From NCBI GenBank assembly GCA_002633005.1, contig NMRA01000500.1, forward strand, positions 98,220 through 162,219: 64,000 bases of DNA, given 5' to 3'. The notes under the pieces are model-generated. The model was not told the origin of the DNA. It ran no database searches and saw only the letters and a program-made list of their open reading frames with translations. The DNA is from Phoronis australis. Taxonomy: Eukaryota; Animalia; Phoronida. Shown piece by piece: positions 50,501 through 62,500 of this stretch. The position numbers were made by a program, and so were the translations under genes. Position 1 is the first letter of the stretch, and the number at the start of each line of letters is the position of its first letter.

Positions 50501-53500
50501 AGACGCAGGCAGCAAAAAACATATTCAAATATCACTTAAATGGCCACTTGGTAGTGAAAAACTAGTAGAATTCACCCCAAATTGGACAGATGCTGTCATC
50601 TTTATAACAGAATCTTGTTCGCAAAATTCCATTAAAAAACATGAAGAATCTCTAAAAATATAAAGACAAAGGTAAAAAAGAGAATTGTCGATAGGGAGCA
50701 CACCGTTAATCAGAGCCAGTGGTGGATTTAGAGGCAGATTTGTTGATACATGTAGTTTAAGGCAGTGACGGACCATGCTATTGCTTTTAACCACGTAATT
50801 AACTGGAAAGACGCTCGTCCTGTCGAGTCGGAAAATAACTTGAGATCTAGACGGATTAGAGAGTGTATTTGGGTGAAAAAAGTGGCTCATTTATGAACAG
50901 AGACGATGGGAGTATAAATTGTCTAAAATTTGGAACAGTGTCATCACCTCGCCACCTAGTGTTCAATAGCTTCCGAAGATGGCTCTTGTGAGTAGCCGAA
51001 ACTGTCAAGGTACAGCGTTTTTGCTTGGTTGTGTCAATAAGAATTAATCTATGTGTTCTCTTCCAACCTTATGAAATTATTTAAGTGATATCCAACAAAG
51101 AATTCTAAAAAATACAGAGACAAACGAAAAAAAAATTGTTACTGTGGGACAACGCAGTAGTTGAGCCGGTCCAAAAGCCGTCAGGGTCTGTCTCCAGCTT
51201 CATAGGAACACATCTGCCTAATATCAATCATTATGATCCTGCAAGGGGCTTAGGAGATACGGCCACGAACGCCAGACGTAAGGACACCGGACGCTCAGAC
51301 AGAGATGACGACAATACGCACCCATGTGTTGGTGCAAAAAAAATTCTCAATGATTATTTGGAAAATCTGGTAAATAGCTAAGACAATGGGCAATAAAATG
51401 ATAAGCTATGCCACATGGAGCACATGCACATTACTATGTGAAAAACTAACGCAGCTGTGCCATAGCTGTCCGGCTTGTTTTCTAGAATGCAACAGCCCAA
51501 TAGTCCTTTGGCGAGTTTATAACAATAACGCGAGATTACGTGAGACTTAACTGTGACGTCACGGGAAGTGGGGCAAAAGCTTGTCGTTTGGCTAATTTGC
51601 CCAATACGTTATCAGAGTGTATTCTGTTATTTTCTTCCACTTTTTGGCCGTTTAGTTCGAAAAATGCCAAACAAGCATTGCTGTTATGGCAAATGAAATT
51701 CAGATTCGCACTACAACACGTTCTATCGCGTTTTGTACTAATTTCGTTTCGTGTATTTTAAACGGGCGATAGGCGAAATCCGCTGACTGATTAAGTTTTC
51801 ACCACGTCAAAAATACATTCTACATCTAAAATTATCACCTAAAAAGGCGCTTACTTTCTCCAGTGGTCCTTTCTGATCTAAACATATCTTCGATGAAGCA
51901 TAGCTACGGGAATTCAGGTGACTTTGACGAAGAATTCTAACTCCACATTATTGTGGTTAACGTTTAACTTAAACCGCGGCGTGCGCGATAACCACAAAGT
52001 AGTTCAACTGGTCAGGTGAGTATGAGGCAAAGGCTAGCGCGAGACTGAGTGAAGCGCGAGACCTGGCGTGTGACACTCTCAAAATAACATGATAACATAT
52101 CAAGTGAATTTGTAAGATTTGTGTTCCTTGGACTTATTGTTCGTGATTTCACGTAACTTCCTCAAAATGAAGCCCTGTGAGAGAAACTTGAGCGAACCGC
52201 GAGGTTTTCATGGATAGGTTCAAGTTATTTGTAGACTAAATTGTATCCAGAGTCAGGGTATGTGTTAATTAATTATAACTCCATGTGCGCATATGCATGT
52301 TTCTTTTGATTTTATTTGCTGTATTTTGAAGTGAGTAACTTTTTATGGGGATAAACTATCGCCCCGGTATGCCTGCGCATTCAGGCCTAGACCGGGTTGA
52401 GTTCCAATTTCAGTCCGCCGTTCACAGCTTCGCACAACATAACAAGTTCACATTTCCTTCGCCCATTCACAGTTATTCCACGATCCATCTATTATCTTTT
52501 AAGTTGTGTTAACGTTTTAAGCGTAAAATTCACCATAAGAACTCCAGTAAAATTTAGCGTGTGTAGCAAAGACTCGGGGCCAAACAAGAGCAATATGGCG
52601 GGTTTTGCCCCTTTTCCGGTGACGTCACATTGACTAACGAGAAACTCGCAAGTGAGCTATCGTAATTCTTCGGAGCCTAGACTCAGTATTCATGGACAGT
52701 CTAATGGCAAAAATCAGAACAAATAAAGACGACGTGCTCCAAACATGGCAGTCAGCACAAGCAAGTGAAAGACGAAAGTGAAATGAGCCGCATCGCGACA
52801 TAGGTATTCACGTACGGTTTGAATTTGAATGGATTTTTAAAGATTATATTGGACTTCGCGAATTAACCTAATGAAAAAAGTGTGCGAATGTTTAATAAGT
52901 TTCTAATAAGTAATGTACTAACAGGAATATAAACACCAAAATTGTATGCCCTTATACCTATATGACTGAAGCGTGAACATAAAAAAGTGACGACTGACCT
53001 GGAATGTGAGTTCTGGAAACTCGGGCTTGATTAGGCCAACCCTGTGTCCAAGCCATATCAATGTTTGATTGACGAATTGTAAGATCGACAAGAACGCGAT
53101 CAAATTGGCGGCTATGTTGGCCACTAACTTGATGGAGGCAGATGCTCCGGCCGAGGCAGCCTCAATGATGTTCCTCTCGGTGCTTGTTAAAGAAAAAACG
53201 AGAAATCGATTCAATTAGTCTATGAAGATGCTATTGCGTCATAAATTAAAGCTTTAATTTAGATCATTTAATTTATGAAACTGATATTGAAATTGAAGAT
53301 GATTTCAGGTCTTCGAAAGAACGGACTGAACACGGAATGTTGAAATACGTCTACGACCGCACCTCAATTAGTGTGTTTCTAGGGTATTTAACATAAATTT
53401 GAACATTGGGAGCGCAGAATACGTCAGACCCGTCCTAAAGGAAGATGTTGTCTCTGTAGTTGCCAAATTCCATGAAACTACGCCAAGAAACTGCAACGAT

Positions 53501-56500
53501 ACGGAGGCAAATGCAAAAATATTGTCATTGGGCACAGCGGTAGCCGAATCCGTCCAACTGTTGTCCAATTAATAAGAATACACTTGCCAAATTGTGATAT
53601 AGAAAATGGTCCATTGCTTACAACCGCAGATGCAAAAATATCACTATGGCTCACTACAATAGTTGGACCCTTGTAAACATCTGTGTCGGTTTTTATCTTG
53701 TCAGTAAGAATACATCTGCCAATTTTGATTACCATGCTCTGATTGGTTTGGAACAAAAAGGTGCAAACAACAGAAGACTCGGAAATCACCACAATGACCA
53801 ATAGTTGGCGCAGAATACGTCTAATCCATCCCAAAATGAAAGTACGCTTTTGGCTTCATGGAGAAACTTTTTCGTCAAATTTCATGAAAAAATGTCAAGG
53901 ATCTTTGGTGATACAGAGGCAAACCTAAATATTAAAATTGTAACTAGGTGGCACAGCAGCAGTCAGAGCCATCCTAAAAGTGTGGGCAGCCGTTGTCACA
54001 TAAATAGGAAAACACAAAACTACAACAATCCAGCAAGGGAATCAGGGAATAAACACAAAATTCATAAAAATACAAAGTCACCACTAGGGGACGTTACAGT
54101 TTTCAAACCCATCCGAAAATAAACGTTTTGCCATGGTCTTCTGATGAGAAAGGTAACTCTTAAGTTTCATAAAGCAAATGTTTCTTCAAGCAGTTTGGCG
54201 AATAAAGAGGCGGGCCCAAAAACACGATGTCAAAATAATGCGCAATAGCCAAAAGTTGGTGCAAAATACGTCGAATCCATCCGAAAATAAAAAAGCATTT
54301 TTGTCTCCTTAATAGAAACGATTTCGCCAAATGTCACGAAAATGCATTGAAATTAGGGACACATCTGTGGTCCGATTTTAAAGAAACTCCTCATATTTTG
54401 CCATATCCGTAGGAAAGCCTACCAAACTTCACTAAGATCTTTTACTATTAAAGGCTTTAACACATACAATCAACACAAAAAGCCATTAGGAGCTATTTAG
54501 CAGTTGGCATCATCGTCTACATGTCAGCCAAATTTCACGAGAATCCACCGTAGAACTTTAAAGACACAGAAACAATCGTAAAAAGCTATAATTGCGATTA
54601 GGGCACAGAAGTAGTCGGATAGGTCTGAAATTCCCCGTCATCCCTCGCCAGCTAATAGGAAAACATTTGCCAAATTTCAATAAGATCCTGCAATTAGGGG
54701 CTTAGAAGACATAGCGCCGGAAGTCAGACGCCCAGACAAGTATGACTGCGATATGCATCCACATTTCTAAATGTTGACGAATACAAAGGTCTGAAGGTTC
54801 ACGTTTTTGTTTTGGGAGGATTTTCATTGTTCCTCGACATGGCATGGTTACTCAGTGCATTTACATTTTTTGCCCATAATACTGATGCCAAGGTGCTGCT
54901 TCCAGGCAGTCCGTTTCCGCATCTGGGATGTCATGTGGTATCCTCAGCTATTACGTCACAAGAAGCCAACATGTCTTGTACCAGAAAGTCATTTTATGCG
55001 CCGAACATGGTCTCAACCAATAACAAACTGTGCAGACTTTTTCAAACTCAGTTATCTAAATAGATAGTTCGTTCCTTGGACGATTTAAAGCTGCTTTAAA
55101 ATAAAGAATTTTGTGAACTAAGACGGCCTTGATGTACCCATGTGATCACGACATAACCTCAAACAGACCTCAGTTATAAAGCATGTTGGGTGGCATTGCA
55201 TTGAAACCAACTGTCGATTGTAATCTTTGAACGGAAGAATATTCAAATATCAAACAGACCATAAATGGCACCCAACGTGAACGGAACTGTGATCCATTTC
55301 CACACGTCCTGCAAATACGGGTATAGTGGTGTCCAAGTCCCTATTTACGAACTACTAAGTGACAAAACGACAGGAGGGATATGCGATGCAAATAAGTGAC
55401 CGGGTGTCGCTGGCATTGTTGAGTGTGTTCGTGCAATAAACACTTATTAGCACCGAACAAAGTCTGGGAAATTTCCCCCACCTTTTCTGCATAGTCTTTA
55501 CATCCTTTACGGTAGTTCTCGATTTCTTAGTTTCCGGGTAGAAAAGTTTGGATATTGCTAAGGCGGCTGGAGCAGACATCACGGAAGCCGACAGTAGATG
55601 ATTGGCGGGAACCTACAGAAAGTTCAACATGTGCTAACAGTCAGTGACAATCACATCTGGCAATACAAATGGAAGTAGATGCTGTTCATTTTTGCTTGCC
55701 AAGATACAGGCCTAACATAGTAAGTCCGAAGACAAACTACATTAACTAGAGATTATAAACTGGAATTTAAGGAGCAGAAATATTGCGCAAACCCAGGAGT
55801 TTCAATTTGAAAATTGTATGCAGCTACAGTTTAAGACTTTTACTCAAGTTATGTTAATAGTAACATAAAAACGTTTGCAAAACAATGTTCTTAGAGCATT
55901 ACCCCAAACAGGATGTATGCAGCTAAGACACTTCCGGCGATAGTGGCGTAACCTCCCGTCATGACTGCGTGTAACTCTGAATTTGTCATGTCCTGAATCA
56001 GTGGTCTGATCATGAGGGGAGCTTCACTCTGAAACGAAGTATTAAATGACTAGTGCAATTAATTCCCGAATTAAACCATCACTTTTAAAGACGGACTTCT
56101 TGTGTACGACGTTGTTAATACACGAGCGTCAATTGCAATCTGCTCTGTTCAAAACTTTCCCTCTGACACAGCGCCACCTATACTGAAAAGTGGCCCTGTG
56201 GAAACATGATGAACGACACACAGAATTCCGTGTGTGAGCATCAATGTGCATGCTTATTTGGACGTTTATCTTTGACATCGTTACCACTTGCAAACGCCTT
56301 AATTCTATGCACTGAACTCGTTTGGGCTTAGTTACAGGATTAGGGTTTCCTTGATTTTGTTTACTTCGATCACTGCCCGTTTTAATAAATTGTAACTATT
56401 CAAGTCAAAGGTGGTCGCCATACCACGTAACAGTAAACTGAATGGGGTTTCCGAGATTTTAACCAATGGGAATGACTGAATATTATAACGTTGGTTTCAT

Positions 56501-59500
56501 TACTTTAACTAATGAGTGGCCCTGATAAACAACATTCCACAATACTACCTTTCGTAGCGCTGTGCGGGAAGAGTGTATTCAAAACCTGGCTTGAAGTCCA
56601 GTAATCCTTTTCACCACTGTAAGTTAACAACTTACCATGAGAAATGATCACAATCGGACATTGGATGGGTTCAGGCCACTCAATTCAAGTTTGGTTATTA
56701 CGGGTAGGCCATTTCCGGTTGGGGTTGGCTACATTATAATAAATCACTCTTTAACATTTGATTTCCTAACCAACAAGTGAGACCTTGACTAACCTGCCCG
56801 ATAAAGATATTTCCCGCTGCGTTCAGAGACTCGGCTGCCGTCGTTCCCATGGCAGCTTGCATAACCCATGCCACTTTCTCAATGACAACTTGCATCCATC
56901 CAAGATAGTACATCATAGATATAAATGTGCTGAAGAATACTACAACAGGCAATACCTGCAACATTCACAGATGTGTATTAATCTTTTTATTGGAGAAGGG
57001 AGCATTACGGTTTCGAATGCTCTAAATTGCCAAGACGTTTAAACACCGTGGGTATGTGACCTGTCAGGACTGCAGGAAAATCGTACAGGGGACATTGGTG
57101 AACGTTATGTCTAATGGAAAGCAAGTCTCGGAAGGTTTTTTTCCAGGCAGTAATGGACAACGGCAGTATCGACGATTGACTGGGGGTGTTCCGTAAATGT
57201 TGGTACTTTTAACCAAATGTCATATTGCCACATTTCGATTTTAGTTCGGGAAATGACAAATTGAACAACGACACTGGCAATAATGACGCCATGCCACGAA
57301 TAAAATAAGGACCAAAGACTGACGACCAGTTCCTTGGCAAAGATTTCTGCGTAGGCTGCTGATACATTGATACAAAAAGTGAGAATAGAAAAGTTAAATT
57401 AATTTCCTGTACCAGTGTGCCCGATCTGTACAACCAGGAGATTTTATTCTTGAGTTCGTCCTACAACGAACCGGAAAATACATGGGCCATGCTATAGTGT
57501 TCGGTATCGTAATTACAATGAATCTGAAGAACCTTGCAATCTGTTCGCCGGGGTCGTACCTTCGATTAACGTGCCTCACCGATCCATTCATACAAGCTTG
57601 CCATGCCTACTTACATAAGTTGACTTTCGTGATGCAGCGATGTAGCAAATGATTCAGGTACACGCATTAACGTAACAACTTACGCCATTTGAACGCATTA
57701 TGGACTACTAAAAGCTTCAGCGACTCAGGCTTGACTTTCATACATTTGAATCACATAACGTCTTTAACTATCATACTTTCATATGGCTCAATGAAAATAT
57801 TTTGAAAGCAAGAAGACTGACGACAGCACACCTTTTATAGAAAATCTTGTGAATGGAAGATTTGATATTCATTTCATGGTGATAATGAACAAGCCAAAAA
57901 ACACGCCAGGTGAGTGATCCAAAAGGGACTAATTATTATTTTGTTCGCGCTGCCGATTGGATTTGGTGAATGCCGCCTCCGTGTATCAACGTGGAAAAAC
58001 AGCTTGGTCATTTCGTAGTTTTCATGCACGCACCCAGGGGGACTCGGGGGGCTCGAATGAACCCCCCCCCCATTTGGCGAAGTGGGCAAAAAGGACCGCC
58101 TTAGAGAAACAAAAAGTCCGAGAAAACGAAACACAAGCCCAATAAAAGCGTGAATGCACAATTTATAGCTCTGACGGTGGTTCCCCGATTTTAGTCCCTC
58201 GTTTTTTGTTATTAAAAGGTCCACACTGTCCAAAATTCGAGCCCCCCTATATATTAGGTTGGGTGCGCGATTGGTTTTATAACGAGGCATGTCACCAAAG
58301 CTGATGACCTTCGACAAAAGAACAGACTAAACTGCCACCTATGGGCGAATGGTTTATCACAAGATTGGCAAGGTACATCACCAGATTGGATAATGCTACA
58401 TAACATATGCACTCTCTATCGTTACTTTACCTTAAACGCAAAGAAGTGGTCCAAGAATTTTTCACCAAAAACGAAGCTAGCCCCAGCGTCTGTGTGCGCG
58501 AGGAATTCACTGACTCTGTCACCCAGCCACTGAAATGCCGCGTATCCCCACGTTGTTTTAAGGATCAACAAGGCGAACACGAACTGCAGGAATAGACCCC
58601 AAATGACCGGGCGCCATTTCACCTGGGAGTATCAAGCAACATTAGTAATCGATTTATTCAGAAATTTAACCAAACTGAAAATAATAAAACAAGACGGAGC
58701 AACACCAACAACGTTATCATTCTGTGTTAAAGCCTAACTACAATGGAATTTTGTTATTTTAGATGTATTGTGCTAACAAGAGAGTTCCAGCGTAGCTTTA
58801 GTAAAATAAGAAAACTAAAGTCCAATTACGCAAATGTAAGCACGTCAAATGATAAGTGAAGTTGCCTTTTCTTGCCATATTGCGTCACTGCGAGATCCCA
58901 GCACAAACAACAAAAGGTTGTATTGAGTAGGGCTCTGAATAGAACACAATTGCCTGCGGGTATTATTAGCAGGTCTATGAATTAAACGGTGATTCTCGCG
59001 GTGACGTAAACAAAAGCAAGCTAATAATCCAAACAGCTCGTTACATTTGGCAATATTAATGGCACTCGTGGGCTCAGAGCGATGCTCTTAACATACTGTA
59101 GGAACCAAATTTGTAGATGTTAAAGTTGAAGACAGGCTTAAAGGTAATAATCTGCGCTTCCTTTCAACAACTGTTTAGGTATTAATGCTATGAACACATG
59201 AATGCAAATTCTTGAGGACTACAGAATTTATGTTATGTGCCTGAAAGCAATGCCATCGAGTTCATAATCAAATTATTACGTCTTTTATAAAAACGCAAAG
59301 TTTTCACGGATATCATCACATATTCTACAAAGACTAGTTTTTGCATGAAACTTTCAGAGACTGCTTCTTTACTTTACAACGCCTGGGATTTTTCTTTGAT
59401 GACCTTTGACCCAGGGTACTCTGCTGTCTAAAATGAAGACGCCAATATTGGTGACTTAACGGATGTCTTGAGTTTTATAAGCAGTGCTTTTGGCAAAAAA

Positions 59501-62500
59501 GTTTAAATACTTGTACCAAAATAAATGAAATATAACAAATAATTTTGCAGCAAGTTTCATGCAAAAATATGTCAGCTGTGAAAAATATGACGACATTGGG
59601 GAAATAACGCAACCAAAGTTATTTAATAATTTCAATCGCTGATAACAAAAGTAGCCAATCACTGAAGGCATAGTTTTCCGAAGTTGTCCAGCTTTAGCCA
59701 ACTAATTACCATGTTTGAACGATGCAATGTGGGTTTGGGTTCAACAGCACTTAACTCAACTGTTCTCAATTTGTGTGTGAGTATTTCTTTCAATGTACCA
59801 ATTAACACCCCATTTTATGTTGGGAAAACAACATTAAAAGTGGCTATAAACCCACTTTCCATCACAAAAACCAACTTTTAATTTAGTCCACGTGCCATTA
59901 TGAAATTGGGTTTAAATTAGAGGCAATTTCAGGTTTTCAAAAGAGCTGCTAAGTCGTGAAGTGTCACATTATGTTCCGAGCATGGCGTCAAAGAATAACC
60001 AACTGACAATTCTTTGTCAGTGAGACACCATTTTGCATCTGAGTGCGAGACAAGTTGACACTATTGCGGTAAATAATTTTTAAGTTAATAAGTTCATTTC
60101 GCTTTTAAATAGCGCTACTTCTCCCAACGAATCAGTCACGAAATCGTCCTCACAGCCTATTTATTTCAGTTGCAAGAAGGACATCTAGAGTTTGTGAGCC
60201 GAAAGAAGCTTCAGAAAATCCAAGGAGCTGGCAAATCCATTTTAAAATTGAACTCTTCAATTCACTAGCTGGTTACATTTCAACTGAATGTTGAAACCGA
60301 TAGCAAGACTAGGTTTGTTAGGATTAATTGGTGTTTGGACTACCTGTTCAGGCGGTAAATGAAGAGAGAATGTTGACATGTAGTGAGGCTTAATCATGAT
60401 GCTTTATCAATCAATTAAGCTTTAACCACCCTAACTCAGACGAATGTTTTCACGTTTGAATGCGTATGACGGACAACGAATAAGGTGACGAGTCAAAGGA
60501 GGTTCCAGAAAGTCAAAACAATGCTAAAATTTTTCAAATTTTGACATCTTTAATTCTCTAGCTGGTTACCTCTAATCAGTAACATAATGTTGACACCGAT
60601 GTTATCGCGGTTTACTTAAGATTATCTCAAACCTTATTTTGTGGCCTCTATTCAAACTCGTGTGTCAAAAAATAAAATAGATGTTGGAATGCCGTGCAGT
60701 TACCGACGGATAAGAATATAAACTAGTAAAACTAGTAAAACTAAAACGACGAGCATCGTTATTAAAATATCCCCCACGTTACGGTGTGCTACAGACTGCT
60801 GAGTATATGTAGATGGATCTAAAATAAAACGACACAGGCACATTGTCCACGCTGCCTACTGTAAGTCAGTATGTAGTCTCCTGTGCCGTTTTATTTTACA
60901 TCCATCTCTATGTATTCAGCAGTCTGTAGCACACCCTTGACAAAGAGCGCATCGCTCGGAACGTGGGAATATTTTAATATATTTTAGTAACGACGCTCGT
61001 TGTTTTAGTTTTAATAGTTTTACTATCAAAAATAAGCTTTGTCAAATAGTGAAAGTATATATTTTCTGAAAAAAATCCCATAGAATATAAAATATGGTTT
61101 GTATTCTTTACCATTAATATTATTACGTTAACACCCTTTTAAGTCAAAAATTCATTTTTATGAAAGGTACATCCGTAGCTAAATAACCCCTCGGTCGATT
61201 TTGTTGGAACCTTTTTAAACGACAACTTCAACAGTTACCTCCAAAATTTTGTTAGAAACTTTCGATTAGTCTGTTCGTTTAGTTTCAATAACAAATCAAC
61301 TCGCAAAACGCAAGGTATATTTGTAAAAAATAGAATTCGTATTCGTCTTTGTTAGATTACGCAAAAACTAGACTTTTAAATCAAAAATCCTAACAGCTAT
61401 TTTAAAAATGATTAATACATATTAACTTTGGAAAGTTTTAGTGAAATCTACCACGCTGTTTTCGAGAACCCGGTTACCTAAATTCAAATAAAGTCGAATT
61501 GCCGAAGCCGAGAGATAGGCGATTAAACTGTGACCAGCGAAAATCTCAAGGTCTTCGGTTAATTATTCGGTAAGAACTTGTTTTCGGTAAATATAACCTA
61601 TACATGCCTAAACCATGTTAGCTATTTCAACATTCACTCGCAATGTCAAATGAATTTGCAGTGCGTAATTAACTTAATTATCATTAAAGCGTACTGTCTC
61701 CAGCCACGTGGTGGGATCAACTATTACTGTTGTTTGACCTACTTAACTGTAGGTCACATTTCATCGTTATAGGCATACTCTGTACACATCAAGTGCCGCG
61801 AGACTGATACGAAACCAAATAAAAATGGATAACACAAATCGAGTCGGTGATTAAAGCATGTCGTTAGCATGAGTTCGAAACAGCGAAATGTCAATTTACG
61901 TATTGAAATAAGGAATTTGGGTGAGTATTTATCTCCTTTCACAACTTGCTGTGTTCATGACCACAGAGGCGAGAGGCTACTTGTAGCATTCGTTCTCAAC
62001 GGTCGTATGCATGTAGACAGAAAACTCCCTCAGGATCAAAACTACACGTATTTGTTTTCCTCGGCACAGTTAAATCATAAGTACACAACGTTTACTCAAA
62101 ATTATGGTGACTCAGTCAATGGTGACTTCGGGTACATACTGTTCTGTACCTGGCGAGAGGTTCGATTTGAGCGACAGCCTGTAAACTTTGACCTCGGGTA
62201 AGTAGTAAACAAATATCCACGCGGTTGTGCAGTTCCAAGGTGGTTCTGTTAAATCTTTTTTGTCTCCAACACGGTAAATGCTTTGAATTTGAAGTTTAAC
62301 AAGAATGAAGATAAGCTATTTTGCAAGACACTTTTGAATTAATGTAAAAATGGTCATTTTTTTTGAATAAGGTTTGAGATAAACTTAACACCATTGAGGT
62401 AAGTTCACGACTCTATTACCAACTATTTCACGTCATCACAGGGATGACGTCAGGATTCTTACCCTCGCTGGGCTGTACGAGAAGATGTAACAGAGAATAA

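Larger units (their letters stand above)
50090..51342 (-). mobile_element. HINE-family element interrupted by the Penelope fragment
   Basis: catctgccaatttt and ccactagatagcg units, GGAC/AGAC tract near 51280-51305; boundaries approximate. Confidence 0.55.
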
